DNA of 64,000 nt, from assembly GCA_039096225.1 (NCBI GenBank), contig JBBPEB010000004.1:496001-560000 (forward strand), written 5' to 3'. A model generated the notes under the pieces. The model made no database searches, had not been told where the DNA came from, and worked only from the letters and a program-made list of their open reading frames with translations. Positions 18,319-38,983 of this stretch are shown here, one piece after another. Numbering within the stretch: the first letter of the stretch is position 1; each line of letters starts with the position of its first letter. The translations under genes were made by a program, and so were the position numbers. The DNA is from Blastocystis sp. Blastoise. Its lineage: Eukaryota; Protista; Bigyra: Opalinata.

Positions 18319-19593
18319 TATATATATATATAGATTAATATATATTTATTAATGTATCTTCTTGTATATTAGAAAATAATTATAATTTTGAGTATATATA
18401 ATTGTTTTCTTTATTCAAATCATTATTTGCCATTCTATTTATTAACTTGGAATTTGTTTCTTATATATATATTACTCTTTATATCTTTTATGATACATAT
18501 TCTCTCTTATATATATATATATTACTCTTTAACATTTCTTTATATATTCTTATATTATTGAAACTACATTAAACTTCTTTTTTTTTCATTTTTTTAATAT
18601 TCAATTATTATTTTTTGTTCATTACTTATAAAAACTACATATATTTTTTCTTTTGTTTTTTTAACTTTTGTTTTTTTTTTGTTAGAAATATAATCATTAT
18701 TTTACTTTTAGTATATTTTTTCTACTTGCCTTATTGTAGTATACGACCCATATATATATATATATATATATATTTTATATATTTATTTACTATCAATATA
18801 TCCTATAATAGTAAATTATTATTTATATATGCTATATTATTCTATAAAAAATAGTTCATGTTTTCTTGTAGTTGAAATAATAGCTATTCTATTATGATTG
18901 TATATACTGTTTCACTAATCAAATCTCTCTATTTATTCTTGCTTTGTTTTGCTCACTTTATTAACAAATTAGTCTCGTTCACTTATTTTCTTAAGTTCAT
19001 TTCTATTATGAAAACAAACGAACAACGACAACAGTCATACATAGTAAAAATACCTATTTTCTAACTCATTTCTTAATTCTATTTTTTAAAAATAGAGCAA
19101 ATGTCTATTTTTTCTTCAGTTTTTCATATATTGAATAAACATACAGTTTCTACTGTCTTTATAATAAATTTAGTTTTTAAAAACAAATATTAAAATAATC
19201 TATTTGATAAACGGAAATTGTAAGCAAAAAAGGAAAAAATGATTGTAGAAATTCACGGGAATGTCATGGCTGTGCCTTGAAATTAATATTCTTCAATACA
19301 ACTTTGCCATTTAGCAATTTCTTAAACATAAAAGAAATGTGTTTCCTAAGAATTCTATTCGAAGTAAAAAGTCAGTTTTTTGGAAATAACAGTTATTTGT
19401 AGGAAAAGCCATAAAAATGGGGAAAAAAAGTGAATAACAACGGAACCTACTGGTCCATGGAATAACGATAACAGCAACTTTTTTTAAAACAAGCAAAAAT
19501 AAATAAAGAAAAGAAAATGAGAATAAATAAATATTGTTTTAGATATTTTCGTTTTATTAATTAATCGATTTATTTTATTAAGAAAAATATTAA

Positions 19594-22811
<3,218 letters not shown>

Positions 22812-23523
22812 GTTTTATAAAAAATCATCAACAATCATATTCCTATCTAGTAAAGAATTCTCTTTATTTATTATTCTAGTTGTTCTCTATCTATTTTATA
22901 GTTTTTCATTTATTTATTAGTCTCTCTTCTTTTTCTATTTTACTAACAGTACATTCATTTTTGTGTGTGTAAAGCCATATATTTATTATATATGGCACTA
23001 GCTTTAATTCATTTTATCATAGTCATGCTTTTACACTGTATTTCATTCGTTTAGTTATCATCATGAAAAGTATATATACTTTTTTTGATAAATACTTGTT
23101 TAAAACACTTATTATGACTATACACATAATCAGATGATCATTATATATAAATATGGACAAACTGTATTCTGATAATAGTTATTTTCAACATTCGAAGTGC
23201 TATTTGAAGTATAATTACTTAATGAGAAGAAGTCTTCATTCTTTATCGTGTTTTATATTATAAAAATGATGATAGCCATTAGCAATCAACTATAGAGAAC
23301 TATATGTATCTAAATAACTATAGTATCATGAATTAAACGTAATAATAACAATTAATGAATTAAATCCCGCTTTTTAGAGGAACCAACGATTTCAAAATTT
23401 TCGTAAATATTTATGTTTTTTGGCGGGAATCATTTTGTTCTCTTTTTGATATATAATATATATCCAGGAGTCGCTTTGCAATTTCATCTTTCTGTAAAGA
23501 ATCAACGATATTAACAAAAAAGG

Positions 23524-24407
23524 ATGAAGAGAAAATATGGTAAACATATTTCAGACTCATCATCTGTCAGTTTTGTGGCAAATCAAAGCAATAAAAACAT
23601 AAAAAAGCAAGAAACAGATAGAACAAAGACTAAAGATATCAGTGGAAAGAAAAGAAACACAAATGAGCAATCTTCTAGTGATGATGAAGCTGTATCTATG
23701 GATGCTTCAAAGCAATTGTTCCAAGATCAGTTTGACGATATTCTCGTATATTGCTTCTTAATATATAATCTATTAGATTTCAAAAACAGATAGGATTTCA
23801 AGAGAAAATGCACGTTGATGTGAAACTCGATAGTTGCTTATTGTTACCAAAGGTATGTATATATATAAATATATCTTTATTGACTTTTAAATATCTATTT
23901 AATGTCTATGAAACCATATAGTTATTTCAGAAAACTCAAAGTTTGTTTCATTATGTAGATTCTACAACAATGTTTCGATTATGGTCAATTTATATCAGTT
24001 CATATGAAAGAGAAGATTATATTATTGTCTATAGTATTCTCTGTACAATGTTTATAATGAATCATAAGAATATTGATTTATATATGAATATAAACTCAAA
24101 ATGTGTATATATTTATATATATATTATTTTGTGTATTATCTATTATTATTCTATATGTTGATTATCTATATATATTAATATATATAATACTATATATAGA
24201 TGAGTGTATTTACTCAATTATTAAATAATACCAAGAAAAATGAGTTTATTATACAAGAAGAGGAGGTTCTCCAATGTGTGACACAATTAAATGTGTTTCT
24301 TCGTCCGTTAATTGATTCCACTATCGTCATTCCCACCAATCAACATATTTCCCTCCATCTTTTAGCTATTTTAAATATTTATGAAAATATACAAAGAAAT
24401 ATTATTC

Positions 24408-24452
<45 letters not shown>

Positions 24453-24760
24453 TTCATCATGCCAAACGGGTTCTTCCTCTTTTTTATCGTTATTTATTAG
24501 TAATAACGGTATCGAAACGACTGTTAACGGCTTTTTAATGCTTTTATCTCTTTATCAACAACATGTATACTATATATATATATATATATATATATACTTT
24601 TTGTTATAAATATTAATAATATTTATATAAATGATTATATATATATATATACAGGAGGAGTATTATATAGGAAATGACGTGTCTCTTTGTCTTAATATAT
24701 ATACATATATATTAGAGAATATCTGGATCTATTGCAAATCAAAAGATAATACACATAGTA

Positions 24761-24799
<39 letters not shown>

Positions 24800-25767
24800 T
24801 ATCAACATCATTTCTTACTACGTTTCTTACAACTATTTCAAAACTATTAAAACCATCAATACAATGTGATATGTATATATATATTTAAATATATCTTCTC
24901 ACTTCTCTCTTCTCTCTAGTGTGTTACTGTTGGATCTCTCTCGCATATTATTAAATATAACACATTATATACCGTTCACTATACATATATGTCTATATAC
25001 TCCTATATATACTTATATTACTATTCATACAATACTATTGTTACAGTATATATATATAATCATATATAGTCATATATAATATAATTATATATATATAGAA
25101 AATATTTAACATCCATTTCAAATGAATCGGCTGAGAATGACACAGAATCTATAAATAATCACGATTTATTTGTTCTTTGTCTCTCTATTTTAATTAATTG
25201 CCTTGAAAATATCTTTATTTCATAACCTATTCCTTCATTGTTTATTATTCTATATATATTTCTTAACAAATGTACATAATCCAAAATGCAGGCAATACTC
25301 ACGGGAAAAACGATATAAAAATAAATACATATATGAATACTTTATTGAAGCATTATCTACTATTTTCAATGCTCTTCGTATATATATATATATATTTATA
25401 TATTATATATATTATTATATATATTATTATATATATATTAAGAATTACAAAAATATATTACAAAACAAGTTGAAGGGTTAGCACGTGATGTTGATCCAAT
25501 GTCACATGACTCTGCTGTATATAAAGAATTATATTCCTCACTCTCAACGAATGAAATATTCGATCCCTCACTTCTCCTTGTTTCATCGTATATATATATA
25601 TATATGTATATATATAAATATAGGTATATATGTATATATATATATAGATATATATGTATATACCTCTCTTTATGTATGAAGGATATCGACGCGTCATCGA
25701 CACACAATTATATATCTCCTTCTCTTTCTCTTCCGATGATATATGTACTCAATCTATATCTACACTT

Positions 25768-25857
<90 letters not shown>

Positions 25858-26903
25858 ACTAGGAAGAGATGCGTGTATTAAACCCACTTCTGTTATCAAA
25901 TGTTGAGTCTAATATTCAACCATTATATACTCTTTATGAATATGTATATATATATATATATTATTATTATGTATACTATATATATATAATATTTAGTATA
26001 TAGAAGAGCAATCTCATCATAATCAACGTATATATATTATATATATACATATATAACTATATATATAGCTATTCCAGAAGATGCTGTTGTATCTGGATAT
26101 ATAGATATTTACGGGGATTCCGCTCCTTCGGGATATATAGATGATGACAACGATGATTATGGTTATTATAATATTATGTCTATAAATGATGATATTCCCG
26201 CGGTTTTGAGTAACTCTTCAAATGTGGTGGTTACTACGGAATCAAGCGAAATATCATCAGATATTAATATAAATAATAAATATAAGTATAAATATAATAT
26301 GTCTCTCAATAAGAATAAAAATGAAGAATTATCAAATGACTCAAATAATCGCGGTATTTCGGCAATAATTAAGCAAGATACCTCTGATTCCCACGGGAAT
26401 GTCTCTGTTTCTTCTACATCGTCTACTGTATATATACCTCCGTCCTTTCCTCCCTCTCCTATAGAGGACAGAGAGGAGATTCGGAGTATATATAAGAAGA
26501 AGAGGAATAGGAGGAATATGAGTAATGTTACTACCATTAATAATACTGTTGATAATAATAATAATAATAATGATAATAATAATAATAATCAATTATCAGG
26601 TACTCTCTCAACAACTCCCTATATTGATGATTCCCGCGGGAATTCTAAAATATCAACAACAACGTCTCCATCTTCTTATAATAGTATATATATATATTTT
26701 ATATATATACATATTCTTTAGAATATACAAATTCTCTGCATTCTCTCAAACAAGAAATCGTATATATTTATATATAAAACTATATAGAATTTCATATATA
26801 GTTTTCTCCAACAAAATATATATCACCGTCAAAAATGAATAAAAAGAAATGTTATTATAATAATAAGAAATTATCTATTGATTCGAATGATGATTTTTAT
26901 TAA
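23524..26903 (+). CDS. WAPL-like cohesin release factor with S/N-rich tail
   Basis: Spliced motifs RILLNITH, DLFVLCLSILINCLENNPKCR, VSSYICIYLSLC and MIYVLNLYLHFM resemble WAPL-domain motifs in the expected order; about 16 introns; one join is 1 nt off. Confidence 0.6.
25209..25275 (+). other. U12-type AT-AC intron (WAPL-like)
   Basis: ATATCTTT donor, TTTCTTAAC branch site at 25259, ends GTAC; restores LINCLE-NNPKCRQ. Confidence 0.88.
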
Positions 26904-27323
26904 TATATACATAATTACTCATGTGCTTATATATATATGTTTTTTTTTGTTTTATTCATGTATATATTCTGAGCTTTAACACTTGAATACCAATATTTTC
27001 TTTAAGGATGAGCATAAGAATGTTTATAGAATTCATGTATATTAATACAATAAAACTGATGGCACAAAATAACTGACGAAGAATTATGCTTTTAAATAAT
27101 CTTTTGTCTTATAATAAGTATACTATTTATAATTAGGCTGATATTTTTGTTTTTTATACGTTATTCATAATTCAGAAAACAATAAAAGAATTCTATTCAA
27201 TATATATATGTACTGAATAACACAACACATGCTAATATTTAAAAAAATTCACCTGAAAATATAATAATATATTTATATATATATTTAATATAAACATTTG
27301 GAGAACTCATTATATATATATAT

Positions 27324-27677
27324 TTATAATATACCCATATCTACTAGCATAGCTATAGCTTTATCAATATCTCCATCGACTTGCAATAACACAGACTTTA
27401 CAAGTGACTTATCGACTCCCATCGATATTAACACATCATAATCGGATTTCATACGTGATGGTAATTCGATTTCATTGGATAAAGAATTGTTTACTGTAAC
27501 TGATTCTTTTGGTTTAGAAGAAGAGATTGGAGCAGATGAAATAGTATTCTGTGTATCACGTGACTGAGCAATAGGTGTTGAGGGATTTTGTGTTGTTTGC
27601 GACTCTAAGGTATATATGATAATAATATATATGATAATAATATATATATAGATATACCACTTGCAAATGTTGTTTGT

Positions 27678-27735
<58 letters not shown>

Positions 27736-28372
27736 TTCAATAATAGGTATAGTAAGAAGAGTGGGTGGCTCTTTGGTGTCGATTTCCATGGTTATTTGCT
27801 TCGTTTTTAGATTAATAACACTATTATGTGATTGGATGAAATCGAGTCCCAAGAGAAAGAAATCGTCCTGACGAGGGAGAATATTAAGAGCACAAGAGAA
27901 GTATGAATCTTGAATTCGAAGTTGACATGAAAATACTGTTCCTAAAGAATTAGATTCTCCAATACCCATCATTTTATTAGCAGCAGATTCATCAATATTT
28001 TTAGTCACGTGACATTTGGTGGCAAGTGTATCGGAGATGACGCACACTTGAGCTCCTGTGTCAACAATAGCAGTAGTAGGTACGTCATTAATAAAGCAGT
28101 TAATATAGAGTAATGAATATATATTATTTGACTTATTATACATCATGCCCATAGCTCTATTTAATCGAACTTGCTCCTGGTGTATATGATTTTCAAGTTT
28201 TCTTTGTGTTTCAACATCAAACGGGTTTTCTTCAACGGCCTTCTCTAACTCCTTTCTCTCCTATATATATATATATATATATATAAGTATTCTTATAAGC
28301 TAAAAAAATAATATACTTTTTCTTCTTTTTCTCTTTCTTTTAATTGTGACATATATATATTTAAAATGAATC

Positions 28373-28426
<54 letters not shown>

Positions 28427-29081
28427 TATGTATTTATACTTAGAAATAGCTTTTTGATCACGTTTTTCAAACATTTCTCCTAACGGTGGGATACGCATTT
28501 TAATCTATATGTATATATATATATGTATATTAAGAATAGCAATAAAAAACATAATAATATTAATTTGTAATAAAATTAAATAAAATTATATATATATACT
28601 TCTTGAAGAATGGAGGGATTTTCGTCGATTTGTTTGAACATTTTTGGAATAGGAAGTGACTAATATATATATATAATAATAACAACAATAACAATAAAAA
28701 TAATTGAATGAAATAGAATACAAGGAAACGGTTTATATCAAAAGATTTGGAATCTATAAATTAAAAAAGAAACGTTAAATGTGAGAGAATATAGTTTAGA
28801 TTCATACCGGAAGTATCAGCATTTTTGAGTTGAACTTCGAAAAGAGAGTCTGAATTAATTCCACATGATTGGAGCTAAATAAAATAATAAATAGAATGAT
28901 AAATCGTTATATAACATACAGTTTCTGAATCAGAGAGTTCTCTTCCATTGTAGAATATTCGTTGATATTGAACAGGTGCATTAATTTGTCTTTGAATATA
29001 AGGTTTGAGTTCTTGAACAGTTTTTGTGACATCAAAATTTACTTTGAATATATTATCCAAAAATATATAAGTTAGAATCAT
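27324..29081 (-). CDS. DDI1: DDI1 (UBL, retroviral-like aspartic protease, UBA)
   Basis: UBL (QRIFYNGREL), NPFDVETQRK linker, LLYINCFIN..AIVDTGAQ..FLLGLD protease, UBA (LISMGV..DGDIDKAIAML). Confidence 0.9.
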
Positions 29082-29841
29082 GATGATGATGGGTTTTAAA
29101 GATGAACTATTTTTTGAAAAATGACTGAAAAACGAAGTTATGCAAACTGAAAAATACTCAAATTCTATTTTAAGAAAAAGAGCTTTTTCCTTTTGCTCTC
29201 CTTTTCATGCTATTATTAATATCAACAATCATCTCTATATGTGAAATAAGAGTAAATGATCGTAGGTGAGATATATTGAAGGAAACTCGGTGTCAATCAA
29301 TAATAGACAAGCATTATTTTTGCAAGAAAACACAAAAATTTGATCGTATGTTGTGTTTAACGTTTTGTTCTGTATGATTAAGGTATAAAAACAGTCTCAG
29401 AAAGAGCTTAATTTAATTGATTACTGAAAAGTTTGTCAAATTCTCAAAACACATAAAGAGCATAATTCGTTATTAAAAAATAAGTTTATTCTAATTATAA
29501 ATAGAAAGAAAACATCATAGAATCAAGAGAAAAAAAAGAAATACTGAAGATAATATATGATATTCAGAGTAGAATATGAATAGATATGAGAAAACAATAT
29601 ATTTATAGGAAATTAAATATAATAAAAAAGATATGAAATAGAAATCTAAATAATAAGCAGAATAGTCAACAGATGATATTGACACAAAGTATAAAATAAA
29701 TATATACAAAGTCAATATAAAAGAAAAAAACACTAAAATATAAAAGTTGTTTGCAGTTCCAATATATGAAAATAATTAACTAAGAAAAAAAATAAATGTA
29801 TATAAACTACAAAATATTAAAAAGTAAAAGAATAATCATGA

Positions 29842-31915
<2,074 letters not shown>

Positions 31916-32179
31916 CTTACTTTAAACTTATTAAAACGTTTAAGAAAAAACGATACTTTTTTTTCAAGATTCTCAATTTTTTTTAAGACAAAAAAAGTGA
32001 CTCTATTTTTTTTTAATAATAATAACGGGAATTTCTTCTTTTAGAAAACTCCCGCGCTTCCAAAAATGTAATTTTTTTAAAGAATTGCGTGAGAATAGAT
32101 ATATTGAAAATGTAAGTTTATAGTATATTTATGATATAAAAGGATTCTATAATGTAGATAATCTATAGTTGTCATATAA

Positions 32180-33203
32180 ATGTCGCAAACAGATAGTGAT
32201 TTCGATGAAGCTCTAAGTTTTGGAGAGAATGACGATGAAATAATTGATGGATTGTTTGATATACCTGAGGAGGACAACGATGATGAAGTATATTCGATTG
32301 TTTTATGAGTGTTATGTATACATTCCTCATTTAGAGTGACTTCGAAGATGCATCGACCTCTAAAAAACGAAAGTCTCCTGCTAAAGAGTCCCCTGCAAAG
32401 GCTCCTGCTGCTAAACGTCAAAAGAAGGAAACCGGGTCTGTGTCGAAAGCCAAAAAACCTGCTTCTAGTGCTTCTTCTTCAGGTATATTATTATCATTGT
32501 TATTTCATATAACTTTCTAATGTCTTTATTATAATTTATTGATTTTCTTTTGTTTATTTTTTTCAGACATTATGTCTGTTTGTCTATTATTGGCGTTGAG
32601 CCATCTTTATAGAAGCTTCTATGTCTATAGCAAGTAAAGATAGCAAAGTCAAAGAACTTACTGAGAAAGAAGCATATCCTGTCATATTGAATTATATAAA
32701 TGAACAGAATAAACCCTTTAGTTCAACCATTGTTTATGAAAATCTTCATCGTACTGTAAAGAAAGCACATGCTGTTCGTGTCTTAGCACAATTAGCTCAA
32801 GAGTAATTATAATTCTTTATTATATTTATTATATTTATTATATTTATTATATTTATTATATTTATTATATTTTATTATATTTATTATTATATTATATTTA
32901 TTATATTTATTATATTTATTATATATATTATTATTATTATCTAGTGGAAAGATTATAGAAAAAGAGTATGGTAAGACTAAGATATATTATGCAGATCAAA
33001 ATCAATTTCCTTCTGTTTCTGAAGAAGAATTAGTATCAATGGAGGAAAAAATAGCAACGTTAAAAGAACAGGAAAAAGATTTATTATCAAAATCAAATAT
33101 ATATAAAAATGGTAAGAACTATTTTATGTAATTATATATATATATTTAATTTAATTTAATTTAACTCTAAATGTTTATATTTGTTTATATATTTAATTCA
33201 TTA

Positions 33204-33271
<68 letters not shown>

Positions 33272-33668
33272 TAAAATCATTACAAACGTCTCTTCCAGAT
33301 TCAGAATTAAAAGCAGCGATTGAAAAATATAAGACAGAAAATGAAGCTATGGAAACTAAATTAAATATATTAAGAAATTCAGGAGCTATAGATAAGACTG
33401 AATTGGATAGTTTACAGACAAATGTGAATAAGTATACTAAGATCTGGAAACAACGTCGACATATGTGTATGGAGGGAATTAAGACTTTAGCAGATGGACT
33501 CGAGAAGAAAGATCAAGAAGTTATTGTATATATAGTTATAATAATCATAATCATAATAATCATAATAATAGCCACATAATAATATTAATAATAAAACTAT
33601 ATATATAGGATGAGATTGGTTTAGAAACAGAAGAAGAATTAGGTATTGAATTACCTTTTAAGAAATAA
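32180..33668 (+). CDS. HOP2: HOP2/TBPIP recombination factor
   Basis: ILNYINEQNKPFS, GKIIEKEYGKTKIYYADQNQF winged helix, coiled coil, KIWKQRRHMC, DEIGLE; acidic/basic N-terminal extension. Confidence 0.9.
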
Positions 33669-33941
33669 ATATATAATATATATAACCCTATAAAGAGAAT
33701 TATACTTTTTCTTTCGTTATAATCCTCTTTTTTTTTCTATTTCTTTTAATGTTATTCAGAATGTTTCATTTATTTAAAATATGTTTTTGTGTATATCTAT
33801 ATATATATTCAGATCTTTATAAATTAAAGTACGAACAAAACAAAATTCATCTTTAAAGAATTCTTTAAAAAATTTCAAACAAAAAAAAAGTGAATCATTT
33901 TGAAAAATAATATAATAATATGAGACAACGAATATTTATAA

Positions 33942-35076
33942 TTATTGTGTAATTGCATTTAATCTATTTGGAATCATAACTTTTGTTCCATAAAACCTTT
34001 GTTGTGATATATTAATTCTTTCTAAAGTTAATACTTGATCACCTTTAAACATAGCACGACAAATAGGTCCTAATTCTTCATATAAACGATCTCTTAAACT
34101 AATAACAAGATCTATTTTCATTACATTTCTTCCAGAAATAAGTAATCCACCAAAATCACCAATAGATACATGAATTCCACGAAAAGGAGGACATCTTCTA
34201 GGGATTTCTGTTTTAAATAATTGATAAGCTAATCGAACATATTCATCACGTTGTTTACCACATAATGTACGACCACCACGATCCGAACTATTTCCACGAA
34301 GTATAGGAAATGGTTTATGTAATGCATCATCACATGTAGCTATATTATTCATCCATACAGGTAAAATAATATCTAAATCAGGATCACCTCGTATAGGTCC
34401 TCCATGTCTATATATCCCTATTCCTACACCTTGATATACGATATAAGTAAAATTACATGAATTCAATAGATTAATAGCATTCACTTGTGTTTCTCCTACA
34501 GGTCCAAAATCTGGTTTATATGGATAACCTTTATTTGACCATGTACAAGGCGAATACTCTTTCAATTTCCCATATTCAGGTTTTACTGGAGGGATTAGGG
34601 TACTATTATTCCATAAATAAGGTACATTTAATGGTTGTAATTGTTTTTTAATTTCTTCTATGCTCAATAATGGATTACGAGTTCTTATGTTAAGAGCAGT
34701 ACTTTCTAAATCCTTTTCATATGTATGATTCTTCATGAGTGAAATTGTCTCATATGGAGTAAGACCTTTTTCTGTCCATGGATACATAGAATCATATGTA
34801 ATAGGTTTTTCTACGTAATTCTTCTCATTCTTCGATATGAATAATGGCTGTTCTGATAGAGATTGTGTCACAGTTCTGTTTAGAGACGATATAAATATAT
34901 TATTTGCATTTTTTTCTTTTATAAATAGGCTCTGTATCGTTTTAGGATTAAAAATATTTGAATCTATATACACATTGAAATGAAATTGACATCAACATAC
35001 ATGTGGAATACATTTTGATAATCAGAAAGGCATTTCCCACGAACGCTAAGAAGAGTCCCAGGATAATGCATTTCAT
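33942..35076 (-). CDS. LicD/fukutin-like nucleotidyltransferase, type II membrane or secreted
   Basis: Hydrophobic N-terminus MKCIILGLFLAFVG, one intron (34964-35000), motif YQGVGIGIYRHGGPIRGDPDLDI similar to LicD GTLLGAxRHxGxIPWDxDxD. Confidence 0.7.
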
Positions 35077-35738
35077 TATAGAATTAATTATTGCAATAAA
35101 AGCAAAAATTTAAATTGAGTACATAACTCTGTTCTTTTGAGCTAAACACATCTTTTTGTTTTTGTTCTTTGTGTTTTCATTTGATTTTTATTATTTTGCA
35201 GTATTTATTTGAAAATAGTAGAGTTGGGAACTTCTTGTGTTTTTAATACGTATTTATTGGCTAGTTATTTATCACAGATAATCGAATGTGTTCATAATGA
35301 ATGTAATAAACGAGGATATTTTATGCTGTTTATATCCATTAATAATTTAAAGCAGTTATTAATGTAAATAAAGGAAATTGAAGAAGAAAGAAAGAAGTGG
35401 ATTCAAAAATGGATAGAATAAAAAGTTAACGTTTTTCGTGTAGTATCTCATTTGTCATTTTGATCATTTTCCACTAATCAACAACCAAGAATATGTATAG
35501 AAAATGATGGATAAAAATTATACTTGTGATGATAAAGATTTAGATTTCATACGCTTTTTTATCAAACATTAAATCTGTAAGAGCATGTTAATCAGCAAGA
35601 ATAGATGAATATTGAAGCAATAAATGAAAAAAACACAATGAATAGTAATTCTCATGATAAATTCTCATTTCAAACTGAACTCACAATAGAAAACTATGAA
35701 TAACTGATCTATGTCTTATTTTGTTTAGAATATCATTG

Positions 35739-38141
35739 ATGCAAATGAATATTGTTTGTTCATCATTCAGAAAGTATATATCTGTACAATGGAGGAGGTC
35801 GTTGGCGACAACATCTAATCCTCAGTCTGGGATATTAGTAAGAGATTTTATTCAGAAACACTATTTAGATCCAAGAAGAAATATAAGATATAAAGAATAT
35901 CCTGAGAATCCTCCTATGCCATTAGATTTCTCGAATATTCTTACAAAGGGTGAATACAAGCGTATTTTAGCAAAACGATATCATACTTATGAGGATATAT
36001 GGCAAACTCCAATTGAGTTATTCAGTCCTTTTTATTCAATTATGATTTATAATTATATGATTAGTAAACATCCAATTTTGGTTCCTTTACATATATATGA
36101 TTTTAATGGTGCAAATGGAACGAATGCATTTAATATTCTAACTCATATGGCTGTATATATATATATTTATTTGTATAGTAAATAATTATTCTATGATTGA
36201 TTATGAATTATTATGAATATAGAAAAGATCTCCAGAATTATATAATAAATGTGAATATACAATTATTGAACCAAAGTATGTAAATATAGATATAGATAAT
36301 ATATATATTTATATAGTTCTTATTTATGTGAAAGACAAGAACAAAAATTATCTCTTTTTAAAGACCATGTTCATATTATTAACAATGTATATATGTATAT
36401 ATATATATATATAGTTTTATATATGTTAATGTTTATGAATTGTATTGATTATAATATTATTATAATAATATTATTATTATTATATATTATTACATTTATT
36501 ATATGTTGTTATAGGATATTTCATCTTCATCGTTTTCTCTTCCTATTTGGTCAGAAAGTTGTTTTATAATAGGATGTGAGTATATAGATAGACTTACTCA
36601 TGATAAAGTTCGTATTAAACATGTATTTATAGAATTATTTATTTTTAAGTTTTTTTATAATTTATATCATTTTTATTTATTTAAAAATTGTTTATTTATT
36701 TTTTACATATATATATGTTATAAATAACATGTTTTATAATTTTAAATGATATATATCTATAGGATCTTAAAGGAATGGATAAATATCGAGAATGCCATAT
36801 ATATAATAAGAATGGTCGATATATAGAACAATATGAGTATATATATATATATAGAATTATTATAATTATATAAATTAATCATAGTTATTCTTAATATATA
36901 ATCATTTATAAATATATATATCTTTCTATATAGAAGAATTCAGGACCCAGTTATTCAGTCCTATTTAAGAATATATGATGAATATCGTACTTCTATAATC
37001 AGCAGTATTCAGAAAGATTCAGAAGTAGGTGTAAAACATGTGATGAAACGATTTAAAAAGAGATTTCAGACATTTAATAGTCAAGATATATATCACGATC
37101 AAATTAAAGATATTCATAATACAGACATATTTATAAATACAGGACTATATATGTTTGTGGATAAAATGAAAACATTTCTTCCTAGAAATCATTTTATTCT
37201 AAATGGTATATATATTTTATTTTATATAATTATTTGAATTATTTTTTTAAATATAAATTATTATATATTATTTTTGTTTTTTAATAATATAATATTACGA
37301 ATATATGCTATATGACACTCTTGTCTTATTAAATATAATAATAATACTGTTCATAATAGATTTTGATATATTGCCACCGCCTGATTTGTCGTCATCCGTT
37401 CCTCAAGATCATTCGCTAGATGCTCTCTACGCACCACTCGTCACTTATACAGATACTAAAGGTAATATATATATATATATTTAATTTATACTATTATAAT
37501 TAAGATTCATTATTATTATTGTGTATGTTGTTTATATACTATTTAATTATCAATAAACCATCTTCATCTAATGTATATATACTATGAAAGTTGGTATTAT
37601 TATTCTATTTGTATAGGAGATTTGATAGACATGGGTAGTTATTTATATACTGATAAACAATATGATTTATTTTTCCCTACAGATTTCGCTCTTTTAGATC
37701 AAGTATATAGAAGTCAAAATGTCAGAGAACCTACAGTATATCATTTATATTATATTATTATTTATATAATAATTATATATAATCAGTATAATATTATATA
37801 ATCAATATTAATAATATATATAATCAATATTAATAATATATATAATCAATATTAATAATATATATAATCAATATTAATATTATATATAATCAATATTAAT
37901 AATATATATAATCCTATTAATAATATATATAATCAATATTAATAATATATATAATCAATGTAATAATATATATAATCAATATTAATATTATATATAATCA
38001 ATATTAATAATATATTTCCTTTAGATACTAAAAAATGCAGATTTCTTTAAGAGTAATATCAAAACATATATAACAAAAACGATTCTTGGGTATAATCCTC
38101 TTCTTAAAGATTATATGAATTCATCCTTTTTCTTATCATAA
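35739..38141 (+). CDS. NDUFAF7/MidA-like SAM-dependent methyltransferase, mitochondrial-type leader
   Basis: LVRDFI, WQTPIELFSPFY, IYDFNGANGTNA, YTIIE, DRLTHDKV, DLFFPTDF, GYNPLLKDYMN; 9 introns. Confidence 0.8.
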
Positions 38142-38324
38142 TAATTATATATATAATTACCATATTCATTTGAATTTGTTTTTAGTTCAAAAACTTAATA
38201 AGAAATAAAAATATCAAAAGCAGGAAAATAAATAAATATTTATTTTTATCTACAAAAAAACAAAACAAAAAATGATAATAATTCTTTGTATATAGATATA
38301 AATCTATAGAATAATATAAATCAT

Positions 38325-38983
<659 letters not shown>

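Noticed and set aside
27740-28152. DTG aspartic protease as a retrotransposon remnant
   Set aside because: Flanked by UBL and UBA exons, so it is host DDI1; no RT, integrase or LTR nearby.
37770-38015. Roughly 22-bp tandem array (also the 12-bp array at 12899-13010) as CRISPR-like
   Set aside because: No unique spacers; these are simple intronic minisatellites in a eukaryote.
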